From positions 1 through 64,000 of the forward strand of contig NIVC01001195.1 in assembly GCA_002269645.1 (NCBI GenBank): 64,000 nucleotides of DNA, in the 5' to 3' direction. The notes below the pieces were generated by a model. It made no database searches and was not told where the DNA came from. It saw only the letters and a list, made by a program, of their open reading frames with translations. A program made the position numbers and the translations under genes. Shown in pieces: positions 1-11,900 of this stretch (positions are counted from its first letter, which is position 1; each line of letters begins with the position of its first letter). This DNA is from Macrostomum lignano. Lineage: Eukaryota.

Positions 1-477
1 TCAATCAGGCCATTGTTTGGAACTATCGACTTCAATTCAAAATCGGAAGCAAAAATCAGAAAGACAGTAAAATTTCGATCGCTGAAAACATTTTTTCTGA
101 AAAACTTGAATTGCAATTCTGCACTCAAGAACCGACGTGCGGCACCTGGGTTATCTGAGGACGATGAAACAAACAATGATTTCTTTAATTTCCTGATCAT
201 TAGGGAAAGCAGACAAGGGAATTCCAATTCAGTGCACATCTCCAATATTGCTAGCTGACAATCCTGCCCTTAATGAGATGACCCTAATAATGAGAGTGCG
301 TGCTCACATAGGAAATCACAACAATAGCTAGCAGGCAAACTTCATTTTGAAAAATTAGTTTCGCGTTCGTGGTGACCTACAAATCGACTAGTACATGTTT
401 TACATGCGTATTTTTATAATTTCGCAAGCCCAAAAAATGCCCTGTTTCCTTTTTTCCTATCATGATAAACACCAGCG

Positions 478-836
478 CTGTTGGGTGTTGGCTATAAAAT
501 CTGTGCTAGTGGGGTGTTGGCTATAGAATCTGTGCTAGTGGGTGTGTGGCTATAAAATCTGTGCAAGTGGGGTGTTGGCTATAAAATCTGTGCTAGTGGG
601 TGTTGGCTATAAAATCTGTGCTAGTGGGGTGTTGGCAATAAAATCTGTGCTAGTGGGGTGTTGGTTATAAAATCTGTGCTAGTGGGGTTGGCTATAAAAT
701 CTGTGCTAGTGGGGTGTTGGCTATAAAATCTGTGCTAGTGGGGTGTTGGCAATAAAATCTGTGCTAGTGGGTGTTGGCAATAAAACCTGTGCTAGTGGGA
801 TGTTGGCAATAAAACCTGTGCTAGTGGGGCTATAAA
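478..836. repeat. Minisatellite, ~29-nt unit (tggctataaaatctgtgctagtggggtgt), about 12 copies
   Basis: Direct reading of tandem units without spacers. Confidence 0.95.
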
Positions 837-896
837 ATCCGATTTAGAGTTGGCTGTAATTTTTTTCATTTAAGCCAATTCAATTTAAACTCGCAG

Positions 897-1066
897 GCAA
901 CACTTGGCGTGTGCTGCTCATCATCCTCTGCGTTCTGCTCATCGCCACTCCCATTGTCGCAGTGTTTGCTGTTCAGAGGCTTCAGCAGCAGCGCTACGCC
1001 TCAGCCTCGCTTAACGATGCGGCGGCCAGAGTGCCTCTGGATGACAAGAGTGGAGCCAGCATCTGA
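897..1066 (+). CDS. Probable terminal exon of a single-pass membrane protein whose earlier exons lie upstream of the window
   Basis: Acceptor ctcgcag at 896. The frame reads NTWRVLLIILCVLLIATPIVAVFAVQRLQQQRYASASLNDAAARVPLDDKSGASI-stop (TGA 1064-1066): a hydrophobic helix followed by basic residues, with GC-rich codons. Confidence 0.5.
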
Positions 1067-1204
1067 TTGTCGAGGCAAAGCGAGCTCCATCAACTCTACG
1101 GCAAAAGATGTATTTTTTCTTATCAATTTGCACAGACTGCATGTATGGTTTTGTACTGAAGCATGTGCTGAAATGAGAATAAAACACAACAGATGCTACT
1201 GTAA

Positions 1205-1513
1205 TGCCACATAATATTAATAATAATATAATTTTTGATTACGCTTGCTCTAATGGGCAGTTGTGCAACCGACAGCTCAGCCGCAGCTATTGCGCGGCGC
1301 ATCTGAAGGCTGCGTACGGCTGTTTAGTCAAAAGACTTGGGGGGTCGCCACACATATCCTCAATTACCTCAGCTAATCCTGGTACCCATTTTACAGCTGG
1401 GTGAACTGAACAGTTGTGTCTTGCTCAGGGGCACAAATTGTTTCGAGTGGGTCGAGAATCGAACCCCCGACCGTTCAGTCGTGATTCCGACGCTCTGACC
1501 ACTCGGCTACAAG
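1205..1513 (-). mobile_element. tRNA-derived SINE with CORE-like central motif
   Basis: Minus strand has A box TAGCCGAGTGG and B box GGTTCGATTC, then CCCAGCTGTAAAATGGGTACC resembling the CORE-SINE motif, and ends in a TTA-rich tail near 1205-1230. No paired acceptor stem. Confidence 0.6.
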
Positions 1514-1754
1514 CAGTATACAAGGCGTAGCTGAAGGGCAGGCAAGGTGGCCGTAGAACCCTAACCTAAAATTTATGTTTATGTGAAACAGCTTATATAG
1601 CTAGTATCTGCTTTTCAAAAATTTCGATTGCGAAAATGCTACTATCAGTAGCAAGTAGTGAAATTTTGTTCGCGTGAGCAGAATAATTAATTAATAATTG
1701 AAACAGGATTATCGAATAGTTAGAGCTAGATAAATTTAAATTTTAACTATTTTA

Positions 1755-2180
1755 CCAAGCTGTCTCATTGTGTAACAGCTCATCCATCTCATCTCCCCAA
1801 CTGTCTCATTGTGTAACAGCTCATCCATCTCATCTCCCCAGTATCAGCTCATCTATCTCATCTCCCCAGTATCAGCTCTTCTATCTCATCTCCCCAGTAT
1901 CAGCTCATCTATCTCATCTCCCCAGTATCAGCTCATCCATCTCATCTCCCCAGTATCAGCTCATCCATCTCATCTCCCAGTATCAGTTCATCTATCTCAT
2001 CTCCCCAGTATCAGCTCATCCATCTCATCTCCCCAGCTGTCTCATTGTGTATCAGCTCATCCATCTCATCTCCCCAGTATCAGTTCATCTATCTCATCTC
2101 CCCAGTATCAGCTCATCCATCTCATCTCCCCAGCTGTCTCATTGTGTATCAGCTCATCAATCTTATCTCCCTAACTGTCT
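1755..2180. repeat. Minisatellite, ~28-nt unit (tcagctcatccatctcatctccccagta)
   Basis: Tandem units visible directly. Confidence 0.95.
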
Positions 2181-3620
2181 CAATTTATCCTGACAGCTCA
2201 TCTATCCTGACAGAAAGAACAGATTCTGTCAGACTCCCTTGGAGAATCAAACATCCGGGTAAGCGGGCCTCATCCGTGAACAGGACCAGCAACCTTCTTG
2301 CAGAAGCTGGGAGAGAAGTTCTGGCAGCAGCTGGCAGAAATTAGAGGGCAGAGTTACTCTACAACAGCAGTACGCGAACGTAATCGCAAGAATCCAGATA
2401 TACAAACAGGCGAGAGTCAGTCAAAGCTACAGGCCGAAAAATCGATTTAAAAAAAGAAAGGATAGAAAAACTGCGTCTCTCAAGGAGTGTACGAAAATTA
2501 TAGAAACTGACTCTCAGTCGGATTTTCAGCCTTGCCATCTGAGTGGCATAACTGAACTGAGCTGAAGATAATTGACGCGTGCCAACAAGGAACAACAAGG
2601 GCGTTGAGAAGAAATAATAAATAACAGATGTGATTCTTGGCCTGCAGAGGGTGTGCGTCTGCCTTCACGGGGGTAATAACCGTAAACTATTGCGACACCG
2701 CGAGCAGAGCACAAATTGGAGGTTTAAAAGCTAGCCATCCCGCGACAACCCCAACGCAGACGCCACCCTGCCACCCCTAACACACTTTGTACGCTCTGCC
2801 CACAAAGCACACCTATGAGTGAAGGTAGCTGCAATGCTGACTAGTAGCCGTTGAGTTGCAGTGTTAATTCCGCTGAATAGCAATTTCGAAGGGACAAATT
2901 TGAGTATTGATCTCGATCAATTCCACCAACTAGCGATATTAACAAAGTCAACACAGGCAGACGTGACGTGCATCATAGTGACGGCAGTGACGCCTGCAGC
3001 CTGATGCTTCTGTGCGCTGGAGGAAATAACGAAGCTGCATGTCTGGAGCGATGATGCCAGTGCAAATAGTTTAGAAAAAGCTTGCAAAACGAGCGATTGT
3101 TAATAGGATCGATGTTATCTGGTCACGACAAGCAGTCACGCTGATGCGACCGGCCCAGTGCGAGCCGCCGGTATGGCAGGACAACCCGGCACTCGGCAAG
3201 CGACCCAGTGGGACAACTAAGTGGGGCGTACAGTGGGCGGTGTGCACACTTGCGACTGCCTGTTGAGAGCAGTCGGTAAATATTTTTATTTTCAATTTAC
3301 AATGAATTATGATCTGATTTTTGATGAAAAGCGTGATTCTGTACTCGTAATACTTTATTTAGCCTTAATAAGAACCATTCTTCCATCCCAATCGAGGCCG
3401 CCCGGTGATCGTCCGGCAATTTAACTTTGGCATGTTTTATGTTCAAGCAGCTTAATTTAATAGCTCTGCTTGTTCAGCTTAGCGGGAGAACCATTTTTAT
3501 CCCAATATTAGGTTAGGTTGGAGTAGAGCTGAAAGCCCCCGGAGACCAACTTTTTGTGTTGGCAGTCGAAAGAAGATTAGAAACATCAAATTGACAATAA
3601 ATATGAAATATTTGCGCTTC

Positions 3621-4433
3621 TGTCATGAATGTGTTATTGTGACTTGAGTGCACTATTCTACGCCGGGCCAGTCTGGCCGGCCTCTCCCCCCTCCTCAGAT
3701 ATTTTCTGACTCACCCACCTTCACTTCTCTCTCTGCCTAGGCCTTGTCTGTTTATTCACCCCCCATTCTTTGCGTGCGACCCCACCCCATTCTTTTGTAA
3801 GCCTAGCTGCCCCGCCCCTGTAGTTTGTGATTGGCTGCCAGTCCCAGTCTGCCGTGCTGCGCTCTCGGCGATTAGCTGGCACTTCTCATTTTGGTCCCAT
3901 GTCGTTTTCTAAACTCCCTGTTGCCGCCTTCATCCCGCGCCCTCGACCCCAGTTTGCTGCCTATAAATTCAGACCCCGTGAGACCCCATTTCCGTCGTTC
4001 TCGTCGCTCCCCGGTGATTGTTGCCAGTGTTGGTTGCTATTACACTAAATTGTCCTTAATTGTCCTAATTGTTCTAAATAAATAGAAATACAAATAGAGA
4101 ATACCAAGAAGACTCCCACCGCTCTGTCGGCGTTGTTTCCGGGTTGAACGACCGAAATCGCGGCTGGTAAGCCTTCCACCTTGCAAGTCATTTGGGGTCT
4201 GCATCTGTACTAGGCACCTTAGAGGGATTAAGTGCGTCGTACGCCGGTCCCACCCCAAGCAGCTTTGCGTCGTACGCGAGACTGTAGGCTATCGTGCGTC
4301 GCACGCTCGTGCAGCCTGGTCCCGACGGACACCGCGTCGTACGCGTGTCAGTGGAGGACCGCAGCCAGGGTTAGTACGCGAACCCGGGTCTGGAAAGGGG
4401 CACGAAGGGACCGAGCCCGTGAGCCCCATCACA
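3621..4433 (+). mobile_element. Candidate solo LTR
   Basis: TG...CA ends, CCAAT-like (gattggctg) and TATA-like (ctataaat ~3962) motifs, and AATAAA ~4076. No clean TSD found, so the boundaries are uncertain. Confidence 0.35.
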
Positions 4434-4914
4434 AAACTTCTATAAGCTTTGTCTTGCTTTGCCATCTATTTTGAATTGCTGCTCAACCTGCTGGCTTAAA
4501 ATGCCCCTTAGAAGTAGAGTTACGGACTCCTCACTGGGTGAAACTAATGTCTGCAATGCTCGACCTCATGCTGTTGGCCAGAAACCCATGATCGATCTGA
4601 AAAATGCTGCAGCAACTGTTACAGCTTTGAGTTGGTGTCCACTAGAATAACAGAATAATTTTTATACCTGGATGGCGCTGTGCAGCTGGGATATTTCTAA
4701 GCAGAGCAAAACTAGTTACTGATTTTTTAGATATTTTGTTTTGGCAACGCTGTTTTAACCTGGAATTTAAACCCGCAGAATTTGGAACCCTGTATCTATT
4801 TTGCTTCTTAGATTTAAAGAAATCGAACAAAAACTTATTTAAATAGTGATGATAGAAGTTAGTAAAAACCAAATTAGGATTACCATTTCGATTCCTTTGG
4901 TTTATTTCAGCAGG

Positions 4915-5200
4915 ATTGTATTGCCTCTACTTTTCTCTACTTCTCTTTCATCTGTCCTCTCTCCATCCATCTATTAACTATTCCTCACACTCCCTTCCAT
5001 CTGTCTACTCTCCCCTCTCTCCCTTTGTTCATTCTGTCCTCCCTCCCTCCCTTCTATCTGTCTACTTTCACTCTGTTATCCCTGTCTTCCTCTTCTGCTG
5101 TACCCTCTCTCCATCATCCCTCTCTTGCCTCTGCCCTGCCTCCCTTCCATCTGTCCTCTGCTGCTCTCTCTCTCTGCCTTGTCTACCGCTTTTTCTTTGA
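4915..5200. repeat. CT-rich low-complexity tract
   Basis: Almost purely pyrimidine plus strand. Confidence 0.85.
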
Positions 5201-5689
5201 CTTTTTTGACTTTGAAACTTGAAAATTTACAGGTAATGTTAGGAAATAGTTAAAGGTGTTAGTGTAAAATTTGAATAGGATTGGTTGAAGGTTTGAAGAC
5301 TTGAATTTAGGAAGTTTTAAGGTAACCTTAAGTCTTTTCCATAGTGAATTTAGTGTGGGTGTAAATTTTAATGAAGTTTGTAATGTTTGTAAGTTTCTAA
5401 CTCACAGTGTAATGTGAAACTATACATTTGCTAAAAATATCAACCCTTTCGTTTCAGAGGACACCCAAATCAGATTGATATAAGCAGATAGAATCGTTCA
5501 TCATTGTAAATGCAAGACAGGACAAGCATGCAAAACAGCGTGGGGCGTCGTTGTTGAAAGGCTAAACTTTGTACTTAAAACGTAAAAAATATAGTAACTG
5601 TAACATTCACATGGGTATTAATGGTATAATAAGTATATTTAGGAACGAGTTATTAAATTAAATTAAAGAGCTGGAGAGACTTCGTTTGA

Positions 5690-7150
5690 GAAGGCGACCA
5701 ACCTGCGAAGCAGAGGAGGTCTTGGGTCGCGTGGCCTGGTCTGCCATCAGCGCTTACTTGGGCGAAAGCGGCGCATTCTGCTAAATCTGGCAGGCGACTC
5801 TAAGGACGAGCGCAGCAATGAGCTGCATGAGTTTTTCGACGCCAATGTTAACGCACCGCCACTTCTCTGCCAGACGATCTGACGCTGCCGCCGGAGATGC
5901 CGTTGCTGGAAGAGGAGAGCTTCAGCGTTGCACCAGTCAACACAGCCGACGCTGTGTGGCTCCACCAACAGTCACCGGGCGGGAAAAAGCTGTGACCGGA
6001 CAAGTTGCATTGAGGCATTGCTCATACAACCCTGGCCATTGAGAAGGCACCTAAAGAGTGGACCACGGCACACATTTTCGCTATTCCAAAGAAGCCAGGC
6101 ACCACAGGGCTAGAGAAGCACTGAGGCATCTGCCTTCAGTCTTTCGCTGCGAAGCTGTTTAATCGGCTGCTGCTATCGCGGTTGCTGCAGGTGCTGGATC
6201 CGTACCTACGTCTTGAGCAGGTCAGCTTCCGGCTCCATCGCGGCACTGTGACGCAGATCCTAGCTCTTCGTCGAGTCATCGAGGAGACGCGGATATGCCA
6301 GACGATCCTGATTGTTATCTTCATAGATTTCAAAAAGGTATTCGACTCGCTCGTCAGGTCCATACTCCCAGAGGTGCTCCGTGCGAACACAGTGTCAGAG
6401 TAGCTTGTCTACGCCATCACGGCAATGTGTACCGTGATACAAAAGCTGTTGTTTCAACACCGGAAGGTCTATCTGACTGCTCCAGAGAGACTCGCGCCGC
6501 TGCGGATTGCTCTTCATACCAACGACGACGGCTTTCTGCTACTGCACGGCTTTCTGCTTCGGTCAGCGACAACCGGAGAGGCGGCTCAGCGTGTTGGCTT
6601 CGCCGATGATCTCGCCCTGCGGTCATTAACTGTTGAAGTCGCCCAGCGACAACTGGATAAGCTGGTTGCGTCGAGTGTCGGCCTGTTGGTCAACATGCAA
6701 AAGACCATCGTGCTCTGCTGGCCGGACGACATTGTGTCTGCAATTTTGTGCAGATGGACAGGCGACAGAGCTTCTGTGTTGTCAGCAGTTCATCTATCAC
6801 CTTGGCGGTCTGGCTTCCGACATCCGCGAGAATCTGCAGCGTCGCTGCAGGCTTGCCAATAGCCTACCTAACTACCAGTGGATGGCCCTGCTCCAGGTGG
6901 TGGTCGAGACTATCTTGTTATACATCACTGAGACCTGGACGCAGAGCGCTTCATCTGCGCTGAGTCGCACTGCCCACAGCCGGTGCGGGGAAGTCCTGCT
7001 GCTGAAGCAGCAGGTGCACCCTCCCTACCGGCGGGAACAGGCGCGCACTTGGCTTTTCGTTCACAGCCTGCTGGTGCTGGCTGACGCCGGCGTCTCGGAT
7101 TTGGTCGGCGGCGTGGCCTGCATTCGCGACCTGGCCCAGAAGCGCGCCCT
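5690..7150 (+). pseudogene. Degenerate non-LTR retrotransposon (LINE, RTE/CR1-like) reverse transcriptase fragment
   Basis: Peptides QILALRRVIEE...IFIDFKKVFDSL...LRA and GFADDLAL (FADD catalytic motif) and TILLYITETWT, spread over several frames with stops. Confidence 0.85.
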
Positions 7151-7800
7151 GTGACGCTGCCTTCTAAAGACTCTAACAGCGTATTTTGTTGTTCGTCGTT
7201 GGCAAAGTCAAATCGGCAGGAGGAAACTGCAAGGCTTAGGCTCAAGCCAGGCGGACACGAGCTGAGAAGACACAGACAGCGCATGGCGGAGAAACTTTTC
7301 TCCAACACACCCTACCCAATCGTAGAAGACAATTGACAGGTAAGCAGCAAAGTTAGAGGCAAAAGAGTCATCGAAGCGTGAAGCTTAAGCCCACGCAGGG
7401 TTGCGACTCATAGCTACTAGACGCATCGGGGGGGGGGGGGGGGGTAAACAGTCGTCGGGACTTTTGCCGTCCCACGCTACAAGTGAAAGCTCAAGCGCCT
7501 TTGAAAAAGAAAAAAAGAAGAATTCTAGCAGTTCTCGGATTGTCTTTTATATTTCTTTGTCTGCGCAGAAACTTTTTGAATAAAATTTTTACCACCCACG
7601 TCCTACTGCCACCAATGTAAGCGTCTATTGGTGCAGAGACAAACTGCCAACTCAACTGCCTGCTGCAACCCAGGACGGTACGTAAAACGAACAGCTCAGA
7701 GATGCTAAACGGCCTAAATAGGCAAAGCCTTCGCAAATACACAACACGAGTCAGAGCGCTGAGCTCAACTTGATAAAAAATCACATAATTCAGTGTAAAA

Positions 7801-8913
7801 ATGCAATATTCAGGTGAGCACAATCCTGAAACATTGTCTCATGTCATTTTTCACGCAATTATCGCAAAGCCAGCTCCCTCAGCTAAGCCAATCATTCCTA
7901 ACTTTCCAGCCCGCGCTCTACTCGCCGTCCTCCTCGTCTGGCTGGCTCCTCGGCCGACCCGCTGCGACTGCCAGCGAGGTTGGCGCCGTCTGCAGACGAA
8001 GAGCTGTCTGAGCGACTCGCTGGCGCTGTGGACGAGACCCTCCGGCTCCGTCCTCGACTGCGTGCTCGAAGCCGAGCGCTCGAGCGGCCTTCTGGTGGCC
8101 CAGTTCGACTCGGACACTCGCCAGTGCTCGCTCTTCCAATACACCGCAGTGTGCCACCTCATCGATGGACTCGCTGCTGCAGAGAGCTCGAAGTCCCGCC
8201 GCTGTGCCGCATTCGCCAATGACAGAGCCGCCAAGTTCCTCACCTTGAGCAGGAAGCTCATGCTGGATGTGGGCTCGAAGCTGAGGGCCGCCTGGGTGAT
8301 GAGCGACGATGCGGACGCCAGCAGGAGCAACTTGGTGTGCGGCCAGACGCAGCAGTGGATGTCGGAGAATGTGGAGTGGAGCAGCGAGGGAGCCAAGCTC
8401 GACGGAGTGTCGTCCAAGATGTGGCTGGAGAACGTGGAGCTCGCGAGCGTGCAGCAGAGACTCACGTGGCTGGTCAGGCTCAAGCGGACTGTCCGGAAGG
8501 AGGCAACGCTGCTCGAATCCTACAACTGCGACTCCACGGCTTTGAACGCAGCCTTTTGGGACGGCTGGACAGGCGGATGGGGCCTGTACTTCTTCAGGGT
8601 ATCTTCATCTTACTTTGAGTACTTCACACCATCTGTAACGAACTCGTTTGACGCGAATGGATTCGTTGAGGTCGGCATCAGTTCGGCGTCTCCGTCAAGC
8701 CGCGACTTCTTCTCCAACTTCGCGTTCGTGCCGCAGTCTGTTGTGAGCGCTGGTCCTCAGCGTAACGCAGCCGTGTCAACATGCCGCTGCATCCGCTTGG
8801 GATTTAGACCTGCCGACTCGCGAATGTTGAACGGCACAGTGCAGTCGGTGGCCATCATGAACGACACGATGACGGAGGCTGAGATCCGCAGCTTCTTCGG
8901 CCTGGTACGCTGA
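7801..8913 (+). CDS. Secreted PAN/Apple-like + LamG/concanavalin-like protein, copy A; exons 7801-7813 and 7910-8913
   Basis: ATGCAATATTCAG|gtgagc ... ttccag|CC gives the signal peptide MQYSARALLAVLLVWLAPRPTRC. PAN-like DC...FDSDTRQCSL; LamG-like GAKLDG, LTWLVRLK, IRLG...LNGTVQSVAIMNDTMTEAEI. Confidence 0.8.
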   Translation: MQYSGEHNPETLSHVIFHAIIAKPAPSAKPIIPNFPARALLAVLLVWLAPRPTRCDCQRGWRRLQTKSCLSDSLALWTRPSGSVLDCVLEAERSSGLLVAQFDSDTRQCSLFQYTAVCHLIDGLAAAESSKSRRCAAFANDRAAKFLTLSRKLMLDVGSKLRAAWVMSDDADASRSNLVCGQTQQWMSENVEWSSEGAKLDGVSSKMWLENVELASVQQRLTWLVRLKRTVRKEATLLESYNCDSTALNAAFWDGWTGGWGLYFFRVSSSYFEYFTPSVTNSFDANGFVEVGISSASPSSRDFFSNFAFVPQSVVSAGPQRNAAVSTCRCIRLGFRPADSRMLNGTVQSVAIMNDTMTEAEIRSFFGLVR

Positions 8914-11900
8914 CCTGCCAGCCGCTCGGTTAATGCAAACTTACCAACTAAACAATTCAATGCACCGATGTTTTCTAAAAAACGACGTCCTTTTAGCACT
9001 GAAGAGTTTCCTTCTGTTGTGCCCGGCTGCATCTATCTACACCGATGAGCAATCTTTGTCTTTTGGTCAGTTGGGCCGGGGATTGCGCTCTAACCACTCC
9101 TGCCGCGTTTGCATATCCCACCCCTAATCGTCTGGATTGGGGTTGGGTTTATTGTATCATTTTGGAGGGGTTTTTAGGGGGGGGTCCACCAATGAAGCCA
9201 AATTGCTGCACGCTTAAAACTTCTATGGCCAAACCACACTGAGAAATCACTTCAGCAAAAATCTAAGCGAGCCAGAATCTCAACTCAGTCAATAGGCCTG
9301 CGAACAAAAGATAGCAAGCACGTAGGACACCTGTTGAAGAATGGATCATTTTGGTCCATTTGGTCCATTCGGTCTATTCGGTCCATTTGGTCAATTTCGG
9401 GTCCAGAAGGGATCAATTCGGTCAAAGTAGCGGCGTTACTTTTCCAAATCCTGTCTCCAAAGCACAGAACGGTTTCACGGAGCCACCTGACTTGAACGTT
9501 GGCGGTGGTGGCTTTGAATTAAAAATTGGCCCTTCCGAAACGTTGATCCTCGATGATAGTGATTCCACAGACACGAAGGTAGATAGCGGAATAGACCAGC
9601 TCAAGCGGTAATCAATGAAGCAGGCGCATAAAATCCGCCATCAATCTTGCGTAAGCGTAGAAGATGCGCAAACCTGGATGTTGAAAATCGGCTGTCGCCG
9701 GATCGCAGGAGTAGCTGTTGCTTAGGAGAACCTCGCTAAACTTACGAAGTACCAATTTTCTCGGACTAGAACAGACCGGCGTATTGCCCAATTGCATAAT
9801 ATCCATTTCATTGATCTCAGCGGAGGAGCTTCAACTTCATCGGCGTCCAATTGAATGAGATCCTCAAGCGTGCATTGCATTGCGGACTCTCGCTCAACTC
9901 TTTCGCCCAACTGGGAACTCGAAGCTCCAACAACGTCACCTTGCGACGCGTGCAATAGTCCGATACGAGTGCCGGTTGTTGAATCCAAAATTTAAGCCAT
10001 TTGCCTTTGGTTGCAGTCGCGCGTTGAGCTATAGCTAAGCTATGAACCTTCTGCTACATATTTGACTTACAACTTCATGTTTACACTTTCTATTTTGGAC
10101 CATAGACACTACCATAGATAGATAAGACCAAGTATTTTGAGCGTGCAACAATGCATCATTGCCCAAACTGATGGTTTCACGCTTTAAATATCAATGGTCC
10201 AAACGCCTTCAAAATCATACAATATCGGTGAAGAACGGCTATTCATGCACCAATTGTTTATTTGATATCCAGCTCTGATTGGCCGGACTGGCCGACACGC
10301 GCTCCCATTCCCAATTACTAGCCTCCGTGCCAAGTTGGATAGGCTAGTATGTACGCGCTTGTTGTCAGCCAGTCGTCAGTCGGAAGAAATCTATGAGCCT
10401 AGAGATTTGAGGGGTTATTTGATGAAATACGATCGTATACGTATATAAATGAGCTGGCGGTGGGCGAGGGAGAGCGTGCTGCTGAGTTCGGACTCGGCGA
10501 CACAATGGGCTATAGTAAGCCAAAGCTTCAAGTTCAAGTTAATAAAGATATTTTAATAAAAGCCCGCTGCCTCGCTCTACCTAGATTTTTGGCCGAAGTA
10601 TCAAAGAAGAACAATTATTGAGTATTCTCTGTTCCTTCCGTGGGAGACGCTGCCACTCTGGACACTGAATCTGATAAGATTAGGGACGGGCTGATCAAGT
10701 CCCTAGACATGACCTTACGCTCAGTAATCGAAGTCAGTCCGGCCAGCGGACTGAGGCGATCTCGGGCCCGTCGGCTGAAGAGTCCAACCAGTTAGTTTCG
10801 ATCAGGCCGTGCCGCAACACTTCGATAATTCTGCGTGACTTTTCTTGCATTCAGTATTTTGGGCTTATGCTCATCAACGACTAATTGTGCGATAAGTTAC
10901 TTTCGAAGTCCTTAGGGTGCATGTGAAGACTTAATGCTTCGTGTTCAAGGCCAATTTGCAGCTAGTCTGTGCTTGGGAGATTTCGGATTCTTTACTTACT
11001 TTGACTGTGTTTAAAAGGTCAAACTAATCAGGATTGATCGATCAGAAATGACATGTCCCGCGCCTTTTACTCGTGTTTATTTCCTTTGATTTATAGCATG
11101 CATGCGCAGCACTCGGCAAAGATGACAAATCTGGGTAAAGAAGTATGGAGTGAATGTTGAATTCAGACGCAAACACACTTAACTACCACTAAGAGTAAAG
11201 GTAGCTGCAATGCTGAATTTAATGACCGTTGAGTTGTGGTGCTACTCTCCCGCTGAATAGCAATTTTGAAGGGCAAAATGTGAGTAGTGAGTTGGATCAA
11301 TTTCACCAAGTAGCCAGTTTAACAAATTCAGCATGGCGAGGGTAACGCACAGTACGACGTTAAAACAGCTCTATAGTGGTTAGTGCGAGAAACCAAAAGT
11401 ATTGAGCTCTGAGCTCACTAGACGACTTTTATATTTTTGGTACAAGCGAACGTAAGAATAATTGATGCATAAAAGCACAAGGGGTTTTAAAAGAACGCAC
11501 ACACTAGTCACGCTCAATGAAGCATTGTCAGTCAATCGATAAAATAAAACAGCGAGTGTACTCAATGTACACCCGCTGAGTCACGCGATACGACAGACGT
11601 GGCGAGCAAAATCTCTGATTGGCAGTGACGCCTGCAGGCTGATGCTTCTGCGTGCTGGAGGCACATAATAATAAATAAAAATAATAGATAAAAAAGTTTA
11701 CATACCAGAGCAGGTGTGCAAATTTCAGTACATTTTAATAACAATTATAATGGCACTGCAGTTTTGCTTGATCAGTATAAGAAACATCATCTATCCAGCA
11801 TCTTTGTGGTCTTTAAATTGCAAAAAAATTGAAAATTGAGAAACATCAAAGTACGCGTGTACGAATATACGAGCTAAGTCTAATAACTCTGTGAATTATT

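Noticed and set aside
1441-1513. tRNA gene
   Set aside because: It has A and B boxes but no paired acceptor stem and continues into a SINE body
2230-2345. Possible Tc1 transposase remnant (minus strand LVLFTDEARL)
   Set aside because: One short motif only, with no TIRs or further catalytic residues
7851-8483. Long antisense ORFs over the PAN-LamG genes (also 13310-13894 and 61051-61671) and over Gypsy-2 pol
   Set aside because: Expected shadows of GC-rich coding sequence, with no independent motifs
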